From: Candidatus Puniceispirillales bacterium
GTDB lineage: Bacteria; Pseudomonadota; Alphaproteobacteria; Puniceispirillales; GCA-002684695
Direction: 5' to 3'
Assembly: GCA_045565515.1 (NCBI GenBank)
Contig: JBJLFF010000031.1
Span: 15,972 to 79,971, forward strand
DNA: 64,000 nt
This document shows positions 18,295 through 27,765 of the stretch, in pieces (the first letter of the stretch is position 1; each line of letters starts with the position of its first letter). A model generated the notes under the pieces. That model was not told the DNA's origin. It ran no database searches and worked only from the letters and a program-made list of their open reading frames with translations. The translations under genes were made by a program, and so were the position numbers.

Positions 18295-20030
18295 TAATTA
18301 CAGCTCAATGCGGGTAACCACCAGTCATCATTTTTGCCTAATGGCAGTTCTTCTGCTAATGGAGCTCCCTGGAATAAGTTTACCCTTGTCCATTTATCTG
18401 ACTTTGGATCAAATTTTGAGGCACCAAAAAATGATAACTTAAATCTTAACATATCAATAGGAAGGCAATTATTTCCTATTAAATTACTTTGAATTTCAGA
18501 GTAAGGTGCCCACATATTTGTTTGCACTCTTTTGACAATATATCTATGAGAGGGATATTTCATGAGAAATTCTGCTATGCACAAGTCTCTTGAAAAATCT
18601 TTTAAGTCATTATTTAAAGCTTGAACTTTTTTAGCAATATCTAAAGGTTGCTCTAATTCTGATCCATTTTCAGAAAATCTATTACCTAGGCGCGGTTCTA
18701 ATTTCTCTTCTGAAACATACCAAAATTTAGAGTTAGCCTCCTCAAGGTCAAAATTAATTTTAAGCGCCCAGTCATAATTTTTATTTATAAAGTCAGTTAA
18801 TTCAAATATCTTCATATCAGGTTTTAAAGAAACATCTTTGCTGCTTTCAAGGCAATGCTCCAAATCATCAATATCCTTGCCCCCTATCTCAAGAATTAGA
18901 GAGACCATCAATTCATGACATTCTGTAGAATAATTTCTGGTGGTGTTAAAAAGATAATTAAGTGGGTATGATTTAGATAATAATTTATTAGAAATCTCAA
19001 TTTTAATTTTTTTCCATTCATTTCTTAAATTATTAATTCTATTTTGTTGTCTTTTGTCATCAGTTGACCATTCTTTTAAGTGGTAAAATGCTCTATCTAT
19101 TAATTTCAAAACTCTCCTTTTTTGAAAATCTGTAAGCTTTTCTTTATCTAGCATTCTGGTGAGAGCACTTTCCTTAACCATTAACCAATTATTAATGAGT
19201 ATTGGATGCTTAACTAAAAAAGGAGCCATACCAAGACCAGTTGAATTACCTATTCCAATATGACGTTGAATATTTTTATCAAGAAAAACAAAATTTGTTT
19301 TATTTAAATTTTTAGCTACGTGATGGACAAGTTTGATTGAAAAGTGTCGGACTAAATAAACAGTCAACATTTCAACTTGGAAAGGAGGTGACATATAGGC
19401 ATCTAATTTTACCTCTTCACGATCTCTTATTCCAAATTTACCATTTCCATAAACAGCAGTTGTTCTCATGAAATATCCAATTTCATTTATTAAATTTTTA
19501 GATGGTTGCACACCTTTAGAAAGCATCTCTGTAACCGTTTTAAATAAACGTACAGATTTATTCGCTCTGCTGATAACTAGTTCTTTTTTTGAAAACCTAC
19601 CTGCTTCTTGAAGGGGTAATTGTTTTCTTAATCTCTCTATATCTTTATTCTCTGGAATGCCGTCAAAAAGTGCAAAAGAAGTATCCCAAGCAGAAGCTAT
19701 AACTCTATCAGTCCTCATCGAATCATCTAAATAATTAGAAAAAGCGATTAATGAATAATGTTTCTTATCTATATTAATTGTGAAAACAGCATGACCAAAA
19801 CCTTTATTATCCATTTGCCATTCTTGCGTTTTGACATGAGATTTATTTTTTATTAGTTTTCTAATAAGAATACGCATAAAAGAAAGTCTTGTTGGGAAAC
19901 AGCTACCCATTTTTTCAAGTGTCATAACTTCTGAAGGTGGCCTTCGAAACTTTAAGTCAAAACTTTTTTTTATGTCTAACAAATTCATAATACTATCTTC
20001 TAAAAGGATTTTTTGAAAAAATTCAACCAA
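18294..20030 (-). CDS. hypothetical protein, no recognisable family (about 565-578 aa, soluble)
   Basis: 1.7-kb uninterrupted ORF in AT-rich DNA, tightly packed behind the M19 dipeptidase gene. The start is either 20030 (overlapping the dipeptidase stop) or ATG 19988. No motif recognised by eye. Confidence 0.75.
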   Translation of the reverse strand: MVEFFQKILLEDSIMNLLDIKKSFDLKFRRPPSEVMTLEKMGSCFPTRLSFMRILIRKLIKNKSHVKTQEWQMDNKGFGHAVFTINIDKKHYSLIAFSNYLDDSMRTDRVIASAWDTSFALFDGIPENKDIERLRKQLPLQEAGRFSKKELVISRANKSVRLFKTVTEMLSKGVQPSKNLINEIGYFMRTTAVYGNGKFGIRDREEVKLDAYMSPPFQVEMLTVYLVRHFSIKLVHHVAKNLNKTNFVFLDKNIQRHIGIGNSTGLGMAPFLVKHPILINNWLMVKESALTRMLDKEKLTDFQKRRVLKLIDRAFYHLKEWSTDDKRQQNRINNLRNEWKKIKIEISNKLLSKSYPLNYLFNTTRNYSTECHELMVSLILEIGGKDIDDLEHCLESSKDVSLKPDMKIFELTDFINKNYDWALKINFDLEEANSKFWYVSEEKLEPRLGNRFSENGSELEQPLDIAKKVQALNNDLKDFSRDLCIAEFLMKYPSHRYIVKRVQTNMWAPYSEIQSNLIGNNCLPIDMLRFKLSFFGASKFDPKSDKWTRVNLFQGAPLAEELPLGKNDDWWLPALSCN

Positions 20031-20989
20031 TTTCTTCCCATAACGTCTTTAATATTATCCTCTGAAAACCCAAATTTTTCTAATCCTAACTGAATATTTT
20101 GGAAGTTACTATTATTTTCAAACCATTTTGGTTGTTTAGGAAATCCTGGATTGTCAACACTACCTTCGCCAAAATCTTTTTGTTTAGTCCACCTTCCATT
20201 CCTCATCCACTCAACTATACTGTCAGGTTGGTCTTGGCAAAGATCACTTCCAATACCAATGTTTTTTACACCCATTATATCAGCAGTTTTTGCTATCATC
20301 TCACAGAAATCATGTAATTTACATTCTGAGCCATTTTTAAGATGATGCGGATACAATGAAAAGCCAATCATACCATCACTTTCTGATAGACTTTTTAAAA
20401 TTAAGTCAGATTTATTTCTTTTCGCAGAATGCCAAAAACTTGGGTTTGCATGAGTTATTGATATTGGTCGAGAAGAGAATTCAATGGCTTCAAGAGTGGA
20501 CTTTTCAGAGGAATGGCTCATATCAATCACCATTCCAACTCTATTCATTTCTTTAATAACTTCTTTCCCCATCCTGGTTATGCCAGTATCATTAAGTTCA
20601 TAACAACCTGTAGCTAGTAGAGATTGATTGTTATAAGTGAGTTGCATGAATTTAATTCCAAGTTTTTGCCAGACTTCTACTAGACCAATGTCATCTTCAA
20701 TAGGAGATGGGTTTTGAAATCCAAAAATTATAGCTGTTCTACCTTTAGCTTTGGCTTTAATAATATCTTCAACATTGTGAGCATGCGTAATTAAATGTGA
20801 ATATTCTAAAAAATAAGAATTCCAATTTTCTATATTTGATATGGTTTCTCTAAAATTCTCATGGTAAGCGATTGTAACATGAACACAATCCAATCTACCT
20901 TCACGCATTTGTTCAAAAATTTTTTTAGACCAATTTGCATATTGTAGACAGTCAATATAAACATTTTCATTAGGATTTTCAGTAAGCAT
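20000..20989 (-). CDS. membrane (renal)-dipeptidase family M19 metallopeptidase
   Basis: 329 aa with the M19 pattern: N-terminal Y.DC.., HVTI, DMSHSSEKS, ITHANP, IGIGSDL. Confidence 0.85.
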   Translation of the reverse strand: MLTENPNENVYIDCLQYANWSKKIFEQMREGRLDCVHVTIAYHENFRETISNIENWNSYFLEYSHLITHAHNVEDIIKAKAKGRTAIIFGFQNPSPIEDDIGLVEVWQKLGIKFMQLTYNNQSLLATGCYELNDTGITRMGKEVIKEMNRVGMVIDMSHSSEKSTLEAIEFSSRPISITHANPSFWHSAKRNKSDLILKSLSESDGMIGFSLYPHHLKNGSECKLHDFCEMIAKTADIMGVKNIGIGSDLCQDQPDSIVEWMRNGRWTKQKDFGEGSVDNPGFPKQPKWFENNSNFQNIQLGLEKFGFSEDNIKDVMGRNWLNFFKKSF

Positions 20990-21061
20990 ATCAAAAATTA
21001 ATTTATTAGAAAATAATGTTCAAGTTTTACAAACTTAAAATACTTAATAATTTGAGATCTT

Positions 21062-22432
21062 TTAAGTTTTAAATAAATCTCTACAATTTTTTAGTTTCTC
21101 TATATTAAAAAGTTTATCATAGAGTTTTTTTGGTTCTTTATCAAATTTTGAAAATTTTAGGCACGATTGAAATTTATCAAAGAGCATATTATTTGTTAGA
21201 GGATTTGACGCTGATCCTATAGGTGCACCAACAAATTTTTCAAAATAATTCCCATCATTTGTATATAATTGAACATTTGACCATTCAGGACAAATATTAT
21301 CTTTTGAATTTATTTTTTTTGGTAATTTTTCGACATTCATAAAAATTTTTTTCATCAAAATTTGAATGCTTGTATCAAAAATGTATTCATTGTTTAAATG
21401 TTCTAATTTTATTGAACCAAACTTAATAATCATAGCAATTGCAAATTGAATGCTAAATTGGGCCTCTTTTGCATTTTTAGGATCGTCGTAGGTTAAATTC
21501 GATTCTATTATAGGAGGAACTCCACAAACTATTTTTTTTACATCATTAATCTTAATTTTTTCTGATTTTACAATTGAATTGATGCCGTCAACCGCCGCAT
21601 GGCTTGCATAGCATACGGGATATTTTTTAATATCTACGCCCGGAGTTATTATACTAAAATCTTTACCAATTCTTTCTATGTAATCATAATTGAAATCTTT
21701 ATCATTAATAACATTTATAATGCCATTTCTATCCTCAAAAACCTCTAAAGGGCCTGTTGCTCCTTTTATGGCTAAAGAAGATATAATTATTCCACTTTCT
21801 GCAGCCTTTCCACAATAGTAATGTTTGCCATTAGTTCCACGTACTGCACGAATTGCTCCTACTCCAGAAATTGCTAGTGAAAGAGCATTCTCGACCTCTT
21901 TAGTTTTAAGCTTAGCTAAAGAAGCAACCCCTGCAGTACTCCCAGCTGATCCTAGAACAGATGTTGTCCACCATCCTTTATCATAAATTTTATTGGATAG
22001 AGATCTTGCAATAGCAAATTCGATTTCTAGACCAATGATAAAACTTTTTAATAAAGCATTTCCACTTAAAGAATTTTCTTGAGCAAAAGCTAATACTGCT
22101 GGGAATACAACTGCTGAAGCGTGAACAACTCCCGCATAACAATTATCATCAAAATCTAAGGAGTGCGCCGATGCACCATTAACAAATGCAGCTCCAGATG
22201 AATTTAATGTTTTATTTTTTCCAATTATGGTGCATTTGCCAGATGAATAAATTTCTAAAGAAGAATCAAAAATCAAATTTGTAGAGCTTGTATTGCTTCC
22301 TGCTAAAGTAACTCCACAAATATCAATAATTAATTTTTTAGCAACATTTGTAACGTCGTCTGGGAGTTTAATTGAATTTAAATAGTTTACTCCCTCTGCG
22401 AGTTTTTTGATTATCAACGTTTTAGATTTCAT
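21062..22432 (-). CDS. MmgE/PrpD-family protein (2-methylcitrate-dehydratase-like fold, specificity unknown)
   Basis: 456 aa; FVNGASAHSLDFDD motif and overall length typical of MmgE/PrpD. Confidence 0.85.
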   Translation of the reverse strand: MKSKTLIIKKLAEGVNYLNSIKLPDDVTNVAKKLIIDICGVTLAGSNTSSTNLIFDSSLEIYSSGKCTIIGKNKTLNSSGAAFVNGASAHSLDFDDNCYAGVVHASAVVFPAVLAFAQENSLSGNALLKSFIIGLEIEFAIARSLSNKIYDKGWWTTSVLGSAGSTAGVASLAKLKTKEVENALSLAISGVGAIRAVRGTNGKHYYCGKAAESGIIISSLAIKGATGPLEVFEDRNGIINVINDKDFNYDYIERIGKDFSIITPGVDIKKYPVCYASHAAVDGINSIVKSEKIKINDVKKIVCGVPPIIESNLTYDDPKNAKEAQFSIQFAIAMIIKFGSIKLEHLNNEYIFDTSIQILMKKIFMNVEKLPKKINSKDNICPEWSNVQLYTNDGNYFEKFVGAPIGSASNPLTNNMLFDKFQSCLKFSKFDKEPKKLYDKLFNIEKLKNCRDLFKT

Positions 22433-22481
22433 TAATAATCCCTTATTAAAAAATATATCATCCTATCGACTTTAAGAGTTC

Positions 22482-23441
22482 TTATTTTTTATTAAAGTAG
22501 CCCGCTCTTACAGCAGAGCCAATTAAATTACATATAAATCTTCCTGCAGTTATTGCGGTTATACCATTCACATCTTTGCTTGGAGTTATTTCAACAATAT
22601 CCATTCCTAAAACCTTTCCTTTTTTAACAAGGCCTTGTATGAGAGTTCTCATCTGTGAGTAGTTAACCCCACCTGGTGCAGGGCCAGCAACAGCAGGCAT
22701 TATAGTTGGATCCACACCGTCTGCATCGATAGTAAGGTAATAATTGTGACCATCTGGGATTCTATCCAAAATAGACTTCATACCAACTTCCTGCAGCTCT
22801 ATATCAGTAATTAAGTTTGATCCATAATCTAGAGCAGCCTGGGCTTCTTCTGGCCGTGCGCTTCCAGCGGCACGCAGGCCGATTTGAAAAATTTCACTAA
22901 TATGATCCATTTCCGAAGCTCTTCTTATGACGCTTGACAAGCCATCACTAACGCCATGAAAAACATCCCTCCAGTCAATATGTGCATCAACCTGAATTAA
23001 TGTTATTGGCCCATGATTTTCTAATGCTCTAAATACAGGAATAGGAATAGCATGGTCACCTCCCAAAATAATTGGCATTGCGCCTGTTGATAAAATTTTT
23101 CTAACAGCTTCTTCAGATCTTTTATGGTTACCTGCCACGTCCTTAGCTTCACCGACAACATCACCACAATCGACAACTTTTATATCTTCACCATTTAAAA
23201 GTGTTCCACCAATATCAAAATCATATCTATCTAAACCCCTAAGGGCTCGTTCACAGTATCTTCTAATATGAGTTGGAGCTGTACACTGATCATTACTTGC
23301 TTCGCCCATAGAATAAGGATCCCCAAAAGGAATACCTAAAAATGCTATATCAGCTTCAAAATCATCCAAGTCGGTAACTATTGGAAAATCATGGAAACTC
23401 TGAAATTCTTTTTTGGGTGGTGTGGTAATCTTGTTTGACAT
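22482..23441 (-). CDS. arginase/agmatinase/formiminoglutamase-family ureohydrolase (paralogue 1)
   Basis: Mn-site motifs GGDHAIPIP, VDAHIDWRD and TIDADGVDP are present; 319 aa. Confidence 0.9.
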   Translation of the reverse strand: MSNKITTPPKKEFQSFHDFPIVTDLDDFEADIAFLGIPFGDPYSMGEASNDQCTAPTHIRRYCERALRGLDRYDFDIGGTLLNGEDIKVVDCGDVVGEAKDVAGNHKRSEEAVRKILSTGAMPIILGGDHAIPIPVFRALENHGPITLIQVDAHIDWRDVFHGVSDGLSSVIRRASEMDHISEIFQIGLRAAGSARPEEAQAALDYGSNLITDIELQEVGMKSILDRIPDGHNYYLTIDADGVDPTIMPAVAGPAPGGVNYSQMRTLIQGLVKKGKVLGMDIVEITPSKDVNGITAITAGRFICNLIGSAVRAGYFNKK

Positions 23442-23486
23442 TTTCTTTCTTTCTTATTTTTGTTTAGAAATTTATTTGAGAATTTT

Positions 23487-24263
23487 TTATTGTTTAAAAG
23501 AAGTAATATTTAGTTTTTCTAAAAACATTTTTAATCTTTCAGTTTCAGGGTTTCTAAGAATTTTTTTTGGTGCTCCTTCTTCAATAATTTCACCTTTGTC
23601 CATAAAAACTATTCTATCGCCAAATTTTGATGCAAACCCTAATTCGTGGGTTACTATCAACATTGTCATACCATTATTAACTAAATTTCTTAGAACAGAT
23701 AAGACTTCACCTACTAGTTCTGGATCTAGTGCAGATGTGGGTTCATCAAGTAACATTAAAACTGGGTCCATTGCCAAGGATCTCGCAATTGCAAGTCTTT
23801 GTTTTTGTCCTCCAGAGAGATTATCAGGCCACTCTCCAATTTTATCCTTTAAGCCTACTTCACTTAAAATTTTTATTGCCTTAGATTCAGCGCTGTCTTT
23901 AGATCTTTTTGCGACAACAATTTGTGCTTTGATTACGTTATCAAGAACAGTTAGATGAGGCCAAACATTAAATTGTTGAAATACCATACCCATCTTTGCA
24001 CGAATATCATTTAATAATTTAGTTTGTTTTACGTTCAGCTTTCCGTTTTCTGATCCAATTATATTATTTTCTAATTTAATTTCACCGCTGTCAGGTGGAG
24101 TGAGCCAGTTGATTGCTCTCAATAAAGTGCTTTTTCCACAACCACTAGGACCAATAATACAAATAACCTCACCTTTAGAAACATTTAAAGAAACATTCTT
24201 TAAGGCATTAATATTTCCAAATTTTTTATTTAGGTTATTAATTTCTAAAAAATTTGAAGTCAT
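23487..24263 (-). CDS. polar amino acid ABC transporter ATP-binding protein
   Basis: GPSGCGKST, LSGGQKQRLAIARSL, MLLDEPTSALD; 258 aa, HisP/GlnQ type. Confidence 0.9.
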   Translation of the reverse strand: MTSNFLEINNLNKKFGNINALKNVSLNVSKGEVICIIGPSGCGKSTLLRAINWLTPPDSGEIKLENNIIGSENGKLNVKQTKLLNDIRAKMGMVFQQFNVWPHLTVLDNVIKAQIVVAKRSKDSAESKAIKILSEVGLKDKIGEWPDNLSGGQKQRLAIARSLAMDPVLMLLDEPTSALDPELVGEVLSVLRNLVNNGMTMLIVTHELGFASKFGDRIVFMDKGEIIEEGAPKKILRNPETERLKMFLEKLNITSFKQ

Positions 24264-24265
24264 CT

Positions 24266-24976
24266 TTAAAATCCACTTCTTTCAAAATTTTTAGTTAAAG
24301 TCTTTGGAGTTTGAACTTGTTTTCTATGTTTAGAAAAATTTTTTTCAAACCTTCGCATAATAGTGGCAATAGTTTCATTTAGAGCCCAATAAAGTAAAGC
24401 AACCATTATAAAAACTTCAAATGGCCTAAATGTTTCTCCTTGGACCATCAGCCCAGTCATTGTTAATTCGTGAACTGTAATAGTTGAGAGTATAGCTGAT
24501 TCTTTTATAAGGGTAAGTGTTTGATTAGTTAAGGGTGGAATAACAATTGACAAAGTTTGCGGCAAAATAATATTTTTCATAGCCTGCCAATCGGTCATGC
24601 CTATGGCTTTTGCACTTTCAAGTTGACCTTTAGGAACAGCATCTATACCTGCTCTAATTATTTCAGCAAAATAGGCACTGCTAAAAGCAGCTAGTGCAAG
24701 TATTCCAACATATTCAGCAGAAAGCCTAAGCCCATAAAATGGTAAAACATAATAAAATAAAAAAACTTGTATTATAAATGGAGTATTTCGAAATACTTCA
24801 ATAAAACTTGTAGATAAAAAACTTATAATAAAAAATTTAGATCTTCTTCCAAGGGCCAAAAACAAGCCTAATGGTACGCCTAAAATGATTGCGCAAGTAA
24901 CAATTTTGAGTGTTAACCAAAAACCTAATAATAGCATTGGTCCATAATTAATGAAAATATCGAATTCTAGGTTCAT
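24266..24976 (-). CDS. polar amino acid/opine-type ABC transporter permease (HisM/OccM-like)
   Basis: 236 aa, 5-6 helices, EAA loop (QLESAKAIGMTDWQAMKNIILPQ). Confidence 0.85.
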   Translation of the reverse strand: MNLEFDIFINYGPMLLLGFWLTLKIVTCAIILGVPLGLFLALGRRSKFFIISFLSTSFIEVFRNTPFIIQVFLFYYVLPFYGLRLSAEYVGILALAAFSSAYFAEIIRAGIDAVPKGQLESAKAIGMTDWQAMKNIILPQTLSIVIPPLTNQTLTLIKESAILSTITVHELTMTGLMVQGETFRPFEVFIMVALLYWALNETIATIMRRFEKNFSKHRKQVQTPKTLTKNFERSGF

Positions 24977-24983
24977 TTATGCT

Positions 24984-25646
24984 TCATGCCCTTTTAACTT
25001 TAAGTTTATTTTCTAAAATTACTGAGCTTCTGCTAACAACAAAGCACATGATAAAATAAATAACAAAGGTAGCACTTAAAACCTCAACAGGGTGGTAATT
25101 AGCGCTATATATTTGTTGAGAAACTCTCATTAATTCAACAACAGTTATTACTGAAAGAAGTGCAGTGGCTTTCAGTACCATTGTAAATTCATTAACTAAT
25201 GGTGGTATTGACGTTATAAAAGTTTGAGGAAGTATGATTTTGCGCCAAAGTGCAAACCCCGAAATTCCTAATGATTTTGCAGCTTCAAATTGACCAATTG
25301 GAACGGAAGCCAGTCCACCTCTCAAAATTTCAGTTACAAAAGCAGCGCTGTTAAGAGTTATAGCAACAATTCCTGCAGTAAACGGTCCCAAATTAAGTCC
25401 AAAAACAGGTAAGACATAATATATAAGAAATATTTGTACTAAAAGAGGTGTCCCCCTTATGAAACTTATATAAAAAGCTATTATTAAATTTAATATTTTT
25501 GATTTAAGTGAAGTACGAGCGATTGTAATTGCGGTTGCAAGAATGATACTCAGAAAAAAGCCTAAAATTGCAACCTGTAACGTAATAAATGCTCCTTCCA
25601 AGAGTCTAGGAATTGCATCAATAGTATAACTAATATCAAACTTCAT
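24984..25646 (-). CDS. polar amino acid/opine-type ABC transporter permease (HisQ/OccQ-like)
   Basis: 220 aa, EAA loop (QFEAAKSLGISGFALWRKIILPQ). Confidence 0.85.
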   Translation of the reverse strand: MKFDISYTIDAIPRLLEGAFITLQVAILGFFLSIILATAITIARTSLKSKILNLIIAFYISFIRGTPLLVQIFLIYYVLPVFGLNLGPFTAGIVAITLNSAAFVTEILRGGLASVPIGQFEAAKSLGISGFALWRKIILPQTFITSIPPLVNEFTMVLKATALLSVITVVELMRVSQQIYSANYHPVEVLSATFVIYFIMCFVVSRSSVILENKLKVKRA

Positions 25647-25666
25647 GTGATTTTCAAAATTTAATC

Positions 25667-25701
25667 ATAGGGCTGTCATATAAACTATAAAGCAGCCCTA
25701 T
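25667..25701 (-). terminator. hairpin after the substrate-binding-protein gene (attenuator/terminator-like)
   Basis: Perfect 9-bp stem ATAGGGCTG/CAGCCCTAT (25667-25675 / 25693-25701) with a 17-nt loop. The minus-strand tail GAUUAAAUUUU is only moderately U-rich. Confidence 0.4.
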
Positions 25702-25711
25702 AATTGTTATG

Positions 25712-26560
25712 CTAAAGAGCTCCTTCAGGAAGATGTCCGTCACTAGGAATAGGCATTCTAAACCCAAACCACTTATCTTGAATTGCATCAATTTTTCCAC
25801 TATCTCGCATCTCAAGTATTTTAGAACTTATATAGTCTCTTAAGTCTGTATCTTCAGGCCTTGTTACCCAAGCCATATAAGTTTTATCAGTAATTGGACC
25901 AACTAGCTCGAAAACTCCTTTTTGTTTTTTAGCAACCACTGCTAAATTAGGTACAGTTTGTGTTTGCGCATCACATGTCCCATTGGCAAGTGCTAAAGTA
26001 GCTTCTGGATGTGCTGTAAATAATTTTAACTCTTTAAAGCCCTTTAATCCTCTAGACTTCATGTCAGCTTCAAATTCTTGAGTAGCTTTTTCGCTACCTG
26101 AAGCTAACTGAGTACAAACTACCTTGCCTGAAAGGTCATCAGGGCTCATAATTGAACCGTCACCATTTCTCTTCATTACCCAGTTTGTACCTTCAGCAAT
26201 AGGTACAGTAAAAGCATACTTTTTTGCTCTTTCGGCTCTTATACTTACACTTGTCGCAACAAAATCAAATTTACCAGCTAATACACCTGGAAGAATTCCC
26301 TGCCAAGGAAGATCAAGCTGGTTCAATTCAACCCCTAAATCAGCTATTATGTAATCTAAAATATCTTTACCGTAGCCAACAATTTTTCCGTCTTCAACAA
26401 ATTCAAAAGGTGGAAAAGCAGCCTCAGTGCCAACTGTAACCTTGCCAGTTCTTTTTATCTTTTCAAATGTTGTCTCAGCATGAACATTTATACCAGCAAA
26501 TATGATCGATAAAGATAAAGCTAAACTTATAAAAGATAATAATTTATTATTTTTTTTCAT
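25712..26560 (-). CDS. family-3 (polar amino acid) ABC substrate-binding protein
   Basis: Signal peptide, then GTEAAFPPFEF ... D.A....W family-3 SBP pattern; 282 aa. Confidence 0.85.
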   Translation of the reverse strand: MKKNNKLLSFISLALSLSIIFAGINVHAETTFEKIKRTGKVTVGTEAAFPPFEFVEDGKIVGYGKDILDYIIADLGVELNQLDLPWQGILPGVLAGKFDFVATSVSIRAERAKKYAFTVPIAEGTNWVMKRNGDGSIMSPDDLSGKVVCTQLASGSEKATQEFEADMKSRGLKGFKELKLFTAHPEATLALANGTCDAQTQTVPNLAVVAKKQKGVFELVGPITDKTYMAWVTRPEDTDLRDYISSKILEMRDSGKIDAIQDKWFGFRMPIPSDGHLPEGAL

Positions 26561-26986
26561 CCTATTAAATCCCCTTTAATTTAAATTTTATACTAAATAT
26601 GGCATTGAAATGGATAGTTAACTCAATTGTAATTATGCCATTTAATGCAACTCACATTAAAATGATTTTGCCTAACTATTTACCTAGCTAGACTGAAATT
26701 CATTCTAAACAGAATGATTCTAAAAGATAAAAACTTAAATTTTAATTCCTACATATTTTTTTAATTTATAAGACACTAAATCTGGATATAGTATTTGAAA
26801 GCACAGTATATTTTGCTTTAATTTAGCACTCTTTTCATGACTGATAATGTCATTAAATTTTAGAAATTTTTTGCTATGTTGATATCTATTTTCTTCACTC
26901 ATAATTAAATGCTACCATGCAAAAAAGAGTAAAAATACTATTTTTTTTATAGTTTGATACTCAGTATACTCTAGGATGTATACTGA

Positions 26987-27556
26987 CTATCCACGAATTT
27001 TAAATTTTTCTTTAGCATCTGGAACATTATTTATTGCATGTAATTGTGTAACTAATTTAGTTAATTTTGGGATATAAGTTTTTGCCACTAATCGAGTATA
27101 ACTCAGAAAATATTCTATGTATCTATCTGTAGCACGAAATTCTTTTTCAGAATAATATTCAATTATTCCTAATTCTATTGCGCTATCAACCATATCGCTT
27201 GCAGCTTTTCTTGTTATCATAATTTGATTACTCACTATACTTTTTGTAGTTACTAAACCGCTAAAATAATTGTAAAAAATTAGATTCATAAAATAAACGC
27301 GTGCATTGCTTTTATTACACCAAGTTCCTATATCTTCAAATTCCTTTATTTGACTTGGTTTTCCAATAAATCTATGTGCCCACATTTCTAACTCACCTAA
27401 TGCCAGTCCAGCCATAATTTCATTGTTTTTAATAAAAGATTCATCTTGAAATGGATGAAATCTTAAATCTTTACTCTTTTCACCATTCCTCAAATGTGGG
27501 TCTCTTCTTTCTTGATTAGAAGTTGTCCGAGCATTAATATTATTTGCTTGAGGCAA
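26987..27556 (-). CDS. hypothetical protein, possible winged-helix (MarR-like) regulator
   Basis: 189 aa. The central segment TTKSIVSNQIMITRKAASDMVDSAIELGIIEY resembles a helix-turn-helix plus wing. It sits between the two divergent catabolic arms. The assignment is tentative. Confidence 0.4.
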   Translation of the reverse strand: MPQANNINARTTSNQERRDPHLRNGEKSKDLRFHPFQDESFIKNNEIMAGLALGELEMWAHRFIGKPSQIKEFEDIGTWCNKSNARVYFMNLIFYNYFSGLVTTKSIVSNQIMITRKAASDMVDSAIELGIIEYYSEKEFRATDRYIEYFLSYTRLVAKTYIPKLTKLVTQLHAINNVPDAKEKFKIRG

Positions 27557-27765
27557 TAACTTTCTCCTTTTTTAATGTCACAAAAATTTTAGAATACTTG
27601 AAAAAATAAATATATATTTTGTAATCATAACTAATGAATTAGTGTATAATAAACCATTTTAGTCAAGTTATTTGAGCTATGAATAAATTACAAAAAAGAT
27701 TAATTCATTTGTTAAGGTCAAAAATTACTTAATTTAAATTCTTTATAGAAAAGAGGAAATATAAT

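Noticed and set aside
23413-23958. 181-aa plus-strand ORF in the ORF track
   Set aside because: It lies entirely antisense to the ABC ATPase gene, which carries clear Walker A, signature and Walker B motifs. Its translation is low-complexity (S/I/L/F-rich) with no motif. Typical shadow ORF.
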